This document shows, in pieces, positions 1-9,272 of a DNA stretch of 64,000 nt. This DNA comes from Candidatus Magasanikiibacteriota bacterium (lineage in GTDB: Bacteria; Patescibacteriota; Patescibacteriia; Magasanikbacterales; UBA922): NCBI GenBank assembly GCA_003482855.1, contig DMXO01000005.1:10736-74735 (forward strand). Reading direction: 5' to 3'. Numbering within the stretch: position 1 is the stretch's first letter; each line of letters begins with the position of its first letter. The translations under genes were made by a program, and so were the position numbers. The notes beneath the pieces are model-generated. The model was not told the origin of the DNA. It saw only the letters and a list, made by a program, of their open reading frames with translations, and made no database searches.

Positions 1-407
1 ACAAAAATTATATTGATCGCGTTGACCATACACTGAATTTGATTACTGGTCAGAGACCTATCCGTAACAAAGCAAAGAAATCCATTTCCAACTTCAAAAT
101 TAGAGAAGGTATGGAAATTGGTTCTTCTGTCACATTGAGAGGTCCACAAATGTATAATTTTCTATATAAATTAATCAATTTAACTTTTCCTCGCGTTCGT
201 GACTTTCGAGGTATCAGTCCAAAAAGTTTCGATGGGCAAGGTAATTATTCGATAGGATTCAAAGAACAGCTTGCATTTCCTGAAATTGGTGGCGAAGCAG
301 CAGATATTATTCATGGATTGCAGATCGTGGTATCAACTACTGCACGGACAAACGAAGAAGGTCGTGCATTACTTGAAAAAATGGGTTTTCCATTTAACAA
401 GAAATAA
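1..407 (+). CDS. rplE: 50S ribosomal protein L5, 5'-truncated at the window edge (C-terminal ~135 aa present)
   Basis: The frame is open from nt 3, so the listed ORF 39..407 is only the first Met in the window. L5 C-terminal region conserved. Followed immediately by S14. Confidence 0.85.
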   Translation, partial: KNYIDRVDHTLNLITGQRPIRNKAKKSISNFKIREGMEIGSSVTLRGPQMYNFLYKLINLTFPRVRDFRGISPKSFDGQGNYSIGFKEQLAFPEIGGEAADIIHGLQIVVSTTARTNEEGRALLEKMGFPFNKK

Positions 408-425
408 TTGACAGGCAGAATATAT

Positions 426-614
426 ATGGCTACACAAGCACAAAAGGCAAAGACATTTAAACATAAACCAAAGTATAGTACTCGTATAGTACTTCGTTGT
501 TGGAAGTGCGGGCGAAAACATGGGTATATGAGAAAATTTGGTTTATGTCGTATATGTTTTAGAGAGTTGGCAAGTAAAGGTCTTATACCTGGTGTTAAAA
601 AATCAAGTTGGTAA
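426..614 (+). CDS. rpsN: 30S ribosomal protein S14, type Z (zinc-binding, ~62 aa)
   Basis: Four Cys (CWKCGRKHG...CRICFRE) and a C-terminal IPGVKKSSW typical of S14-Z. Likely start ATG 426; the ORF track starts at TTG 408. Confidence 0.9.
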   Translation: MATQAQKAKTFKHKPKYSTRIVLRCWKCGRKHGYMRKFGLCRICFRELASKGLIPGVKKSSW

Positions 615-651
615 TTATTTTATATTATATATTTAGTACATAATAATCATT

Positions 652-1041
652 ATGATGACTGATCCTATTGCAGACATGCTTACACGAATTAGAAACGCTC
701 AGAGGGCACAGAAGCGATTTGTTGAGATTCCTTTTTCAAAGGTGAAATTTGCGATAGCAAAAATTTTGTCTGAGCAAGAATATCTTGGCTCAGTAGAGAA
801 GTCTGAAGGTATGCCTGCGTTGATAAAAGCTGAATTACGATATAATGGAAAAACTCCGGTCATATCAACTTTGAATCGTGAAAGTACGCCAGGTCACAGA
901 AAATATCGTAAAACTCAAGAATTACCCCAAGTGCTCAATGGGTACGGTATTGCTATTGTTTCCACTTCCCAAGGTATTATGACTGCTTTGGAAGCAAAAC
1001 AAAAAGGAATTGGTGGAGAGTTGTTGTGTACTGTTTATTAA
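652..1041 (+). CDS. rpsH: 30S ribosomal protein S8
   Basis: 129 aa; N-terminal DPIADMLTRIRNA and C-terminal GGELLC motifs; sits in the spc order. Confidence 0.95.
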   Translation: MMTDPIADMLTRIRNAQRAQKRFVEIPFSKVKFAIAKILSEQEYLGSVEKSEGMPALIKAELRYNGKTPVISTLNRESTPGHRKYRKTQELPQVLNGYGIAIVSTSQGIMTALEAKQKGIGGELLCTVY

Positions 1042-1068
1042 TATTTAGAAATCTTTTAGCTTAGACTT

Positions 1069-1614
1069 ATGTCACGTATAGGAAAAAAGACAATTGAGAT
1101 ACCACAAGGTGTGACTGCTGAAATAAAAGACAGCGTGTTGACTGTAAAAGGACCAAAAGGAACACTTACACGTGTTATACATCCACATGTTACTATGCAG
1201 ATTGTTGATAATGCAATTACGACTGATGTTGGTGACAAAGAAGAGAAAAAAGAACGTGCATTGTGGGGTACATTTGCTGCTCACGCAAGAAACATGGTAA
1301 TAGGAGTTACACAAGGTTACAAAAAACAGCTTGAAATCAATGGTGTTGGTTACAAAGTGGCTATGCAGGGTAAGGATCTCAAATTTGAAGTTGGTTTTTC
1401 ACATCCTGTTATTTTCAAAGTTCCTGCAGAAGTCGTAGCATCAGTAGACAAAAATGTTATTACTCTTGAAAGTTTTGATAAAGAATTTCTTGGCAGTACT
1501 GCTGCAGAGATTCGCTCTATAAAGAAACCAGAACCATACAAAGGTAAGGGTATCAAATATATTGAAGAAGTGTTGAGACACAAGGCTGGTAAGACTGCTA
1601 CAAAGGGTGCATAA
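1069..1614 (+). CDS. rplF: 50S ribosomal protein L6
   Basis: 181 aa; MSRIGKKTIEIP...VKGPKG signature; spc order. Confidence 0.95.
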   Translation: MSRIGKKTIEIPQGVTAEIKDSVLTVKGPKGTLTRVIHPHVTMQIVDNAITTDVGDKEEKKERALWGTFAAHARNMVIGVTQGYKKQLEINGVGYKVAMQGKDLKFEVGFSHPVIFKVPAEVVASVDKNVITLESFDKEFLGSTAAEIRSIKKPEPYKGKGIKYIEEVLRHKAGKTATKGA

Positions 1615-1638
1615 TTTTAATGTTGAAAGATTTTTATT

Positions 1639-2007
1639 ATGAAAATAACTACTAAACAACAACAGAGATACCGTAGACATATACGTTTTCGTTCTCGTGT
1701 ACAAGGTACGTCCGAACGCCCTCGCATGAGTGTGTATCGCAGTTTGACTGGTATGTATGTACAATTGGTAGATGACACCAATAGCAAGACATTGGCAAGT
1801 ATCCATAGCAAAACAATAAAAACAAATGTTGATGCAGGTGAGCGAAAGGGGAAAACGGCTGTTTCTTATATATTAGGTAAACAAATTGGTGAAAAAGCAA
1901 AAGAACTTGGTATTATATCTATCGTGTTTGATAGAGGTGGATTTACGTATCAAGGTCGTGTACAGGCGCTTGCAGAAGGCGCACGTGATGCTGGACTCAA
2001 ATTTTAA
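1639..2007 (+). CDS. rplR: 50S ribosomal protein L18
   Basis: 122 aa; RPRMSVYRS...YQGRVQALAEGARDAGL. Confidence 0.92.
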   Translation: MKITTKQQQRYRRHIRFRSRVQGTSERPRMSVYRSLTGMYVQLVDDTNSKTLASIHSKTIKTNVDAGERKGKTAVSYILGKQIGEKAKELGIISIVFDRGGFTYQGRVQALAEGARDAGLKF

Positions 2008-2039
2008 TATTATATATTTACGTTTCCATAAAAAGGTAT

Positions 2040-2678
2040 ATGGCTAAACCACAACGAAATAGAAAAGATAGAGGACCAAAAGAAAGACCTGAATTTGACC
2101 AGGCTATTCTTGATCTCGCACGTGTGACTCGTGTTACCAAAGGTGGAAAACATCTTAGTTTTCGTGCTCTCGTGCTCATTGGAGATAGAAAAGGCCGTGT
2201 AGGTTATGGAGTTGAAAAGGGCGCTGATGTACAGATTGCCGTAGACAAGGCAGTCAACCAAGCAAAAAAGAATATTATTGTTGTTCCATTTGATAAAAAT
2301 ACTATACCTCATCGTGTTGAGGCAAAGTATAAATCTGGCAAAGTCATGGTAAAGCCAGCCCCAAAAGGTTCTGGTATCATTGCTGGTAGTGCTATCCGCT
2401 CAGTACTTGAACTTGCTGGTGTGCCAAATGCGAGCGCAAAAATGTTGGGTAAAACAAATAATAAAATTATAAATGTAAAGACAACATTCAAGGCGCTTGA
2501 ATCTTTTAAGCCAAAAGCTGTTGAGGATGCAAAGAGACGTAGAGATGCAGTGAAGCAAAATGTTTCAAAGAAAATAGAAACAGTTGAGGTTGCCCCAGAA
2601 AAAAAGGCAGACGATACGGTGAAAAAAACTAAAAAATCTGCTCCTAAAAAAGTAGAGCAAAAAGAACAAAAGAACTAA
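2040..2678 (+). CDS. rpsE: 30S ribosomal protein S5 with a K/E-rich C-terminal extension
   Basis: S5 core (RVTRVTKGGKHLSFRALVLIGD...) plus a ~60-aa lysine-rich tail. Confidence 0.92.
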   Translation: MAKPQRNRKDRGPKERPEFDQAILDLARVTRVTKGGKHLSFRALVLIGDRKGRVGYGVEKGADVQIAVDKAVNQAKKNIIVVPFDKNTIPHRVEAKYKSGKVMVKPAPKGSGIIAGSAIRSVLELAGVPNASAKMLGKTNNKIINVKTTFKALESFKPKAVEDAKRRRDAVKQNVSKKIETVEVAPEKKADDTVKKTKKSAPKKVEQKEQKN

Positions 2679-2695
2679 TCAAAGAATTTACTTGT

Positions 2696-3136
2696 ATGGC
2701 TTTATCTCCATCTACAATTTCATCTCGACGGATCAAAAAGAATACCAAACGCGTAGGCCGTGGCAATGGAAGTGGCAAAGGTACATATTCTGCTCGTGGT
2801 CTCAAGGGGCAACGCGCTCGATCTGGTGGTAAACGTGGCTTGCTCAAGCGTGCGTTCAAAGCACAACTTCAAAAAGTACCAAAATCCCGTGGATTTCGTA
2901 GTATAGCTATCCGGCCAGAGACTATTACACTTGCAGTTCTTGAAAGAAAGGCTGAACAGGGAATCGAAATCACACCATTTTATCTGAAACAGATAGGTCT
3001 CATAAAAAAAGCACAAAATGGTGTAAAAATAGTTGCAAGCGGTGAACTCAAGAAAAAACTCAATTTCAAAGGATGTCTTGCAACCAAAAAAGCCCTTGAA
3101 ATAATTGAGAAAGCAGGTGGAAAGCTGGTATACTAA
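2696..3136 (+). CDS. rplO: 50S ribosomal protein L15. It follows S5 directly, with no L30 gene between.
   Basis: 146 aa; GRGNGSGKGTYSARGLKGQ motif. Confidence 0.92.
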   Translation: MALSPSTISSRRIKKNTKRVGRGNGSGKGTYSARGLKGQRARSGGKRGLLKRAFKAQLQKVPKSRGFRSIAIRPETITLAVLERKAEQGIEITPFYLKQIGLIKKAQNGVKIVASGELKKKLNFKGCLATKKALEIIEKAGGKLVY

Positions 3137-3173
3137 GTACCAGTTTTTGTCCTTATTATAACAGTAACAATGT

Positions 3174-4445
3174 ATGTGGGAAAAAATTCAGCGAACGTGG
3201 AAAATCAAAGATTTACGTAATAGAATTTTATTTGTTCTTGCGATGCTTGTTATTTTTCGTCTTGTTGCTCATATACCAGTGCCAGGTGTTGACACTGAAA
3301 ATTTGAAACGATTCCTCGAGGGTAATCAGGTGCTGGGTCTTCTCAATATTTTTTCTGGTGGCACCATGGAAAATTTTTCTCTTATCATGCTTGGTGTTGC
3401 ACCATATATTACCGCATCTATCATATTTCAGTTGTTGGCTATGATTGTTCCTAGCCTTGAAGAGCTCACCAAAGAGGGAGAGAGCGGACAGCAAAAGATC
3501 AACATGTATACTCGTCTTGCCACAGTGCCACTCGCATTACTTCAGGCATTTGGTATGATCAAACTTCTCGGACAATCACAATTCAGTATTGTAGGTGATC
3601 TCACCACCTATACGTATGTGTCTATTATGATTACCATTACTGCAGGTACCGTGTTTCTCATGTGGATTGGTGAGCTTGTTTCAGAAAAGAATATTGGTAA
3701 TGGTATATCTCTTTTGATTTTTGCAGGTATTGTTTCTTCATTACCAACCGTAGTACAAAACGCAATTGTCAACTATAACCCATCACAGGCATATCTATAT
3801 CTTATGTTTGTCGGACTTGCGATTGTTACTATCGTTGGCGTAGTCATCATTAATGAAGGACAACGAAATATTCCTGTAAGTTATGCAAAACAAGTAAGAG
3901 GCAATCGTACATTTGGGGGGAATAGTAGTCATTTGCCGTTACGTGTGAATATGGCTGGTGTTATCCCTATCATTTTTGCAATTTCTGTTGTATTATTTCC
4001 TTCGATGATTGCCCAGTTTTTTGTGAATGGCACTGGTTTTATGGCAAGCGCGAGCCGTCATGTCGTGGCATTATTTAATAACCAATTATTTTACGGTATA
4101 TTGTATTTCTTGCTTGTATTTGGTTTTACGTATTTTTACACCGCAGTTATTTTCCATCCGCAAAAAATGGCAGAGAACTTACAGCGTCAGGGTGCTTTTA
4201 TCCCCGGTATTCGTCCAGGCAAAGAAACTGAAAAATATTTGCAAAGTACTATGAGTAGATTGTTGTTTTCAGGGGCTCTATTTCTCGGATTGATTGCCAT
4301 CTTACCTCTTATAGTACGTGCATTTACTGGTTCTCAGTCTCTTGTGATTGGTGGCACGAGTTTGCTTATCGTCGTGAGTGTGGCAATTGAAATGGCCAAA
4401 CAGATTGAAAGCCAAATCAAGATGCATGAGTACGACCGAGTTTAG
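3174..4445 (+). CDS. secY: Preprotein translocase subunit SecY
   Basis: 423 aa, 10 TM helices, conserved SecY N-terminal region; position after rplO. Confidence 0.95.
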   Translation: MWEKIQRTWKIKDLRNRILFVLAMLVIFRLVAHIPVPGVDTENLKRFLEGNQVLGLLNIFSGGTMENFSLIMLGVAPYITASIIFQLLAMIVPSLEELTKEGESGQQKINMYTRLATVPLALLQAFGMIKLLGQSQFSIVGDLTTYTYVSIMITITAGTVFLMWIGELVSEKNIGNGISLLIFAGIVSSLPTVVQNAIVNYNPSQAYLYLMFVGLAIVTIVGVVIINEGQRNIPVSYAKQVRGNRTFGGNSSHLPLRVNMAGVIPIIFAISVVLFPSMIAQFFVNGTGFMASASRHVVALFNNQLFYGILYFLLVFGFTYFYTAVIFHPQKMAENLQRQGAFIPGIRPGKETEKYLQSTMSRLLFSGALFLGLIAILPLIVRAFTGSQSLVIGGTSLLIVVSVAIEMAKQIESQIKMHEYDRV

Positions 4446-4622
4446 GTTTTAGGTAATTAGGGGAAAATAGGAAATTTTACGAGACCTGCTTTACGAGCGG
4501 GTTTTTTATTGAGGTTAGAATTTTTATCACCTAACACCTATAACCTAAATACCTAAGGTAGGATGGTTGTCAAGAGACAACTCGTATGTTATATTATCTG
4601 TGCTTAAATAAGCTTATAATAT

Positions 4623-4949
4623 ATGGCCACAGGATTTTTTAGCTATTTGTTTGGCTTTGGGACAGGGAGTACATCTCTTTCTTCCAACGAACACGCAGTT
4701 TCAAGAGAAGATATTGAGAGGCTTGTTTCCACGTCTCGGATTGGAAGTTTGGACAATGTACACCAGGCAGAAGTCATTCGCGAAGCAATCATACAGCGAA
4801 GAGGGGGGGGTGGTAAGATTTCTATAAAACAAATAGATGAAATATTGCGAAAGTTAGAAAATAGCAAAGAAAGTCATGCAAGGATTAGTGAATTTGATAG
4901 AAAAGGAGTGCTTAAGCAGTTTGAAGAGTTTTTTGCAAAATACAACTAA
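4623..4949 (+). CDS. Hypothetical protein (108 aa) inserted between secY and adk; contains a G8 homopolymer.
   Basis: ORF with upstream -35 TTGTCA / -10 TATATT-like promoter at ~4567-4600. GGGGGGGG at 4802-4809 encodes RRGGGG. No recognisable family. Confidence 0.4.
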   Translation: MATGFFSYLFGFGTGSTSLSSNEHAVSREDIERLVSTSRIGSLDNVHQAEVIREAIIQRRGGGGKISIKQIDEILRKLENSKESHARISEFDRKGVLKQFEEFFAKYN

Positions 4950-4974
4950 ATAATTTCGAAATTACATTTAATGT

Positions 4975-5640
4975 ATGAAGAAAATTATAATCCTCATGGG
5001 TGTTCCTGGTAGTGGAAAAGGAACTCAAGCTCGAAAATTAGCCACACGTTATGGTTATGCGCATATATCTACTGGAGATTTATTGCGTGCTTTGGACGCA
5101 GATCCACATGCAGACCCAGCTGATAAACAAATGCTTGCTGATACGATGAAGACAGGTAAACTTGTGCCCAATGAATTGACCTACAAATTGGCTTTTAAAG
5201 AAATAGAAAAAAATTTACAGGCAGGCAAAGGCGTTATTTTGGATGGCGCTATTCGCAGTGTAGAACAGGCTCAAGAATATCAGAAATTTTTTGAAAAAAA
5301 TAATGTTTTGGGTGAAGTTCTCGTAGTTGAAATAAAATTGTCTGATGAGACCAGCTGGAACCGATTAACCAAAAGAAAAGTGTGTCCTTCATGTGGATTT
5401 ATTTTGCCTTTTTCACCAGAAAATGAATTGAAAAAACAATGCCCTGAGTGTAATGGAGAATTAATCGTACGCAAAGATGATAACCCAGACACTATTAAGC
5501 AGCGTATTGCTGATCAAGGAAATATTGCTATTGGCTCTATTTTGGATTACTACAGGGACAGGGATGTGTTGTTTTCAGTCGATGGTGAACGCAGTATTGA
5601 TGAAGTGGATGAACACATGTCGAAATTACTAGAGGAATAA
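4975..5640 (+). CDS. adk: Adenylate kinase with a Zn-binding LID (CPSCG...CPEC)
   Basis: P-loop GVPGSGKGTQA, four Cys in the LID, 221 aa. Confidence 0.95.
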   Translation: MKKIIILMGVPGSGKGTQARKLATRYGYAHISTGDLLRALDADPHADPADKQMLADTMKTGKLVPNELTYKLAFKEIEKNLQAGKGVILDGAIRSVEQAQEYQKFFEKNNVLGEVLVVEIKLSDETSWNRLTKRKVCPSCGFILPFSPENELKKQCPECNGELIVRKDDNPDTIKQRIADQGNIAIGSILDYYRDRDVLFSVDGERSIDEVDEHMSKLLEE

Positions 5641-5657
5641 TATTCCTCTTTTTCTTT
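5631..5657 (+). terminator. Rho-independent terminator after adk
   Basis: Perfect 8-bp stem AGAGGAAT/ATTCCTCT with a 3-nt loop, overlapping the adk stop, followed by TTTTTCTTTT. Confidence 0.6.
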
Positions 5658-5694
5658 TCGTATAGTATACTTATTCAATTGATGTATACATGTT

Positions 5695-6942
5695 ATGAAA
5701 CAAGCCCTTAAACATTTTTTCATACCTCACGAAGGGAATAATTATCATCCGCATATTTTGCATACCAAGCGGGCAATTATGTATAGTGGTATTTTTTTGG
5801 CTACCAAATTTATTGTTATTAGTTTTGCTGTTTTGTTGCCATTGCAAGTATTTGTTATGCCAGACGTCTTGCAGGTACAGCAAGAACAAATTATTGCTCT
5901 GACCAATGATATGCGTGCACGCAAAGGATTGCCTCTGCTTCATGATCAGACAAAATTATATGTATCGTCTCAGATGAAAGCAGATGATATGGCAGCAAAG
6001 CAATATTTTGAACACGTGGGTCCTGATGGGAAAGGACTCAAGGATTATATGTATGCAGCTCAGTACGATTATCGTTACGCAGGAGAGAATCTTGCAATGG
6101 GATTTAGCAACGCACAGGAGCTCGTGTATGCGTGGGCCAATAGCCCTACTCACTATGCCAATCTTATAGATACTGATTATAATGAGTTCGGTGTAGGGCT
6201 TGAGGTGGGTGAATACAATGGTGTACCGACGATATATGTGGCCCAGCATTTTGGCTCTCCTAGCATCACTACAAGCACACAAGAGGCAAATGAAAGCCCA
6301 GTGACTTCTACCTTCGTAGGTGAAGTAGCATCTAGCAAATTAGATACATCAGAAATTTATGTCGAGGCATCTGACGTTATCCACGAAAAAAATATTGCTC
6401 AATCCAATATACATGTAAATTCACCATCCATTGTATATAATAAAGATGTTTCTCGTGTATTTTGGCGTGAAGAAGACGGAAGGACAGTGCTTACTGCCAA
6501 AGCATATATCGTGGGGGATGTAGTATCTGCTATAGTTCGTGTGAATCAATATAGCATTGAGTTATTTCCCTCAGAGCAGCCGTTTGTATATCACGGAGAA
6601 ATCACAGTATTTGATTCGAGCGATAATTTGTTCAAGGTGATAACAACGCCTACTATCGCTATCAATGGTGTGAAGGACGTTTTTACGCAAGATACAATTT
6701 TGTGGAATACTGTCAAAGTCGTAGCACCCACACCTATGGAAAAATACACCCAGGCAAAAACATTGCTTGGTGGATTTACTCGTATCTTTGATATATCAAG
6801 GGGAATTTATCTGGGTTTTATCATCTTTTTTAGCATCGCCCTTGCTTTAAAAATTTTTATCGAATTTAGGAAACAACACCCTCATGTCATATTGCAGACC
6901 ATACTACTTATTGGACTTCTTGTTATATTATTTGAAGTATAG
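5695..6942 (+). CDS. CAP/SCP (YkwD-like) domain protein with an N-terminal TM anchor and a C-terminal TM segment
   Basis: CAP-domain motifs (HS-like region ...GENLAMGFSNAQELVYAWANSPTHYANL...EFGVG). Hydrophobic N- and C-termini. Confidence 0.65.
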   Translation: MKQALKHFFIPHEGNNYHPHILHTKRAIMYSGIFLATKFIVISFAVLLPLQVFVMPDVLQVQQEQIIALTNDMRARKGLPLLHDQTKLYVSSQMKADDMAAKQYFEHVGPDGKGLKDYMYAAQYDYRYAGENLAMGFSNAQELVYAWANSPTHYANLIDTDYNEFGVGLEVGEYNGVPTIYVAQHFGSPSITTSTQEANESPVTSTFVGEVASSKLDTSEIYVEASDVIHEKNIAQSNIHVNSPSIVYNKDVSRVFWREEDGRTVLTAKAYIVGDVVSAIVRVNQYSIELFPSEQPFVYHGEITVFDSSDNLFKVITTPTIAINGVKDVFTQDTILWNTVKVVAPTPMEKYTQAKTLLGGFTRIFDISRGIYLGFIIFFSIALALKIFIEFRKQHPHVILQTILLIGLLVILFEV

Positions 6943-7208
6943 CTTCTATAAAAACAAAACCCAGCTTACCTGTGAGACGTCCTAGAATGTCTCACGATAA
7001 GCCGGGCTTTGAAATTACCCTGCGTTTGTAAAGAACAGCAGAGTGAAAGGACAAATACCAATTCTCGAGAAATGAACGTGCCAACTACCCATAGTGGCTC
7101 GTTCTTTTTTGGTAGGCAAGTAGTATAGCAGATCGTGTATAGTTTGTGGAGGGTAGTACAATGTTGATAACTTGCCTTTTTAGTGTCTTATTGATAAGAT
7201 ATTTCTAT

Positions 7209-8057
7209 ATGTCATATATAAAAACATCCGAAGAAATAAAACTTCTTATAGAAGGAGGCAAAATTCTGGGTGAGATTTTGGAAGAAATTTCACACATGGC
7301 AGTGCCCGGAGCTACTGCTTTTGATATTGATGCGCGCGCTGAAAAGCTTATCAAAAAAGCAGGTGGGAGGCCTGCATTCAAAGGTTATCGCGGACGTAAA
7401 TATGATCCACCATTTCCTTCTACTATCTGTGCGTCGCTCAATGAGGAACTTGTACATGGCATTGCAACCAAAGAAAAGATTTTGAAAGACGGAGATATTT
7501 TTAGTATTGATATCGGGATGGAATATCCCGTTAGAAGTTCCAAGATACAAGAAACAATTTCCAAAAAAATTTCAAATTACAAATCTTCACGAGGGTATTT
7601 TACGGACACGGCTATTACCGTGATTGTTGGTGAAGTTCCAGAGAAAACAAAACAACTGTTGAATGTGACTAAAAAAGCATTGGAAATCGGAATTAAACAA
7701 TGCACGGTCGGGAATACAGTTGCAGATATTGGCCGTGCAATCCAAGATTATGTAGAGCCACAAGGCTATGGTATTGTGCGTGATTTGGTAGGGCATGGAG
7801 TTGGTCATGCAGTGCACGAGGATCCACGCGTCCCCAATTTTTATGAAAAAGATGGTGAACAGTGGGAATTACGTCCTGGTGTAGTGATTGCTATAGAACC
7901 TATGATATCAATAGGAGATTATATGGTCGAGACAGCTGATGATGGATGGAGTATATCTATGAAAGACAAAAGTTTGTGCGCTCATTTTGAACACACTATT
8001 GTTATTACCGAAGATGGACCGTTGGTAATTACAAGGAGACCATGTGAAATTTTTTAA
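7209..8057 (+). CDS. map: Methionine aminopeptidase type I with an internal ~35-aa insert
   Basis: Map core motifs (FSIDIGME, HGVGHAVHE, EPMI). The ORF track starts at GTG 7146; ATG 7209 (MSYIKTSEEIKLL) fits the Map N-terminus. Confidence 0.85.
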   Translation: MSYIKTSEEIKLLIEGGKILGEILEEISHMAVPGATAFDIDARAEKLIKKAGGRPAFKGYRGRKYDPPFPSTICASLNEELVHGIATKEKILKDGDIFSIDIGMEYPVRSSKIQETISKKISNYKSSRGYFTDTAITVIVGEVPEKTKQLLNVTKKALEIGIKQCTVGNTVADIGRAIQDYVEPQGYGIVRDLVGHGVGHAVHEDPRVPNFYEKDGEQWELRPGVVIAIEPMISIGDYMVETADDGWSISMKDKSLCAHFEHTIVITEDGPLVITRRPCEIF

Positions 8058-8069
8058 TAACCAAAATAT

Positions 8070-8185
8070 AAATAAAATCCTAAACTCGAAATCCTAAACA
8101 AACTCAAATTACGTAATCTCAAATGTTTAAAACATTATTAATTTGAATATTTGAATTTGTTTAGAGTTTAGAATTTAGTACTTAA
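8070..8185. repeat. MITE-like imperfect palindrome (family A); arms 8075-8109 and 8149-8178
   Basis: Left arm AAATCCTAAACTCGAAATCCTAAACAAACTCAAAT pairs with right arm ATTTGAATTTGTTTAGAGTTTAGAATTTAG. The centre holds the palindrome AATGTTTAAAACATT. A related copy lies at 63551-63713. Confidence 0.55.
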
Positions 8186-8192
8186 ATTTTTT

Positions 8193-8570
8193 ATGAATGT
8201 TCTTGCCATAGATTATGGTAGAAAGAAGATTGGTCTTGCTTGGCTCCAAGAAGGTCTTGATGTTGTTTTACCTTTTGGTCAGATTCAAACCAAGCGATTC
8301 AAATATGAGCTTGCTAAAATTATTCAAGAAGAGAACATAGGTAAGGCAGTAGTGGGGCTTCCCCTCGGCATTAATGGGGAAGAAAATGAAAATACACAGC
8401 GTGTGCACGATTTCGTAGAAGTATTGAAGCAAAAAATAAATATACCCATTGAATTTATGGATGAACGTTTCACAACAGCTCAGGCAAAGCGTATGGATGG
8501 GGGAGTTAGTCTTGATGAGAAGGCAGCTATGCTTATTTTACAAGCGTATTTGGATAAAAGTAAACAATAA
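8193..8570 (+). CDS. ruvX: Putative pre-16S rRNA nuclease / Holliday-junction-resolvase-like YqgF (RuvX)
   Basis: 125 aa, N-terminal LAIDYGRKKIGLA RNase-H-like motif. Confidence 0.8.
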   Translation: MNVLAIDYGRKKIGLAWLQEGLDVVLPFGQIQTKRFKYELAKIIQEENIGKAVVGLPLGINGEENENTQRVHDFVEVLKQKINIPIEFMDERFTTAQAKRMDGGVSLDEKAAMLILQAYLDKSKQ

Positions 8571-8613
8571 AATAGTAAATAGAATCTGTTTGCTATCTAT
8601 TGTTTATTAAATT

Positions 8614-9261
8614 ATGCAGGCAATTATCCTTTCCCGTCGAGATTTCCGCGAGTATGATCAGATAATATCAGTGTATACGAAGGAACAGGGTAAACTCGAA
8701 CTTCTCGCGCGTGGTATAAAAAAAATTACTAGCAAAAATTCGGCTCATATTGAGCCGTTTTCTGTCGTGGATATTGATATAGCAGAGGGGCATGAGATAA
8801 ACCATCTTACCAAAGTACAACCAGTTGAATATTTTAAAAACATTAGACAAGATTTGCAAAAAAGTTTAGCAGCACAATATGTCGTCTCCATCACTGATAA
8901 ATTCGTGCAAGTGGGGGAGCGGGATGAACGGATTTTTGAGGGGCTCAAGACATGGCTTGAATTTTTAAATATCCCAATATCCCAATATCCCAATATCTTA
9001 ATAATTGATTGTTATATTGTTGAATTGTTATATTGTCTGGGCTTTGCCATGAGTGAGGATCCAAAAATGAAGCGATGGAAGCAGAAGCTTGAGATTATGG
9101 AACGTGGGGATTGGCAAGTCGTTGCCCAACTTGAATATGATGAACAGTTACACAAAAAAATATATGAGTTTTTGTTATATCATACAGAACGAAAAGTGCC
9201 AGATTGGGCCAAAACTTGCATGATTGAGCCAAATTTGGTAGTATCAATGAACGATAAGTAA
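8614..9261 (+). CDS. recO: DNA repair protein RecO (lacks an obvious Zn-finger)
   Basis: N-terminal OB-fold pattern MQAIILSRRDFREYDQIISVYTKEQGKLELLARG. Contains an (AATATCCC)x3 tandem repeat at 8972-8996. Confidence 0.7.
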   Translation: MQAIILSRRDFREYDQIISVYTKEQGKLELLARGIKKITSKNSAHIEPFSVVDIDIAEGHEINHLTKVQPVEYFKNIRQDLQKSLAAQYVVSITDKFVQVGERDERIFEGLKTWLEFLNIPISQYPNILIIDCYIVELLYCLGFAMSEDPKMKRWKQKLEIMERGDWQVVAQLEYDEQLHKKIYEFLLYHTERKVPDWAKTCMIEPNLVVSMNDK

Positions 9262-9272
9262 TAATTTAGTGT

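Noticed and set aside
39-407. ORF-track start at 39 for the first gene
   Set aside because: The frame is open to nt 3; this is the C-terminal part of rplE, truncated by the window, not a 122-aa protein.
6995-7010. Minus-strand 16-mer AAAGCCCGGCTTATCG nearly identical to the RNase P RNA P4 3'-strand consensus (…ACCCGGCTTATCG…)
   Set aside because: No complementary P4 5' strand (AAGTCCGGG) within 400 nt, and the gene would have to overlap map or the CAP-domain CDS. Treated as a chance match inside a terminator-like Y-shaped hairpin.
8940-9000. CRISPR-like appearance of the AATATCCC repeats
   Set aside because: Only three 8-nt units with no spacers; lies inside a coding region. Not a CRISPR array.
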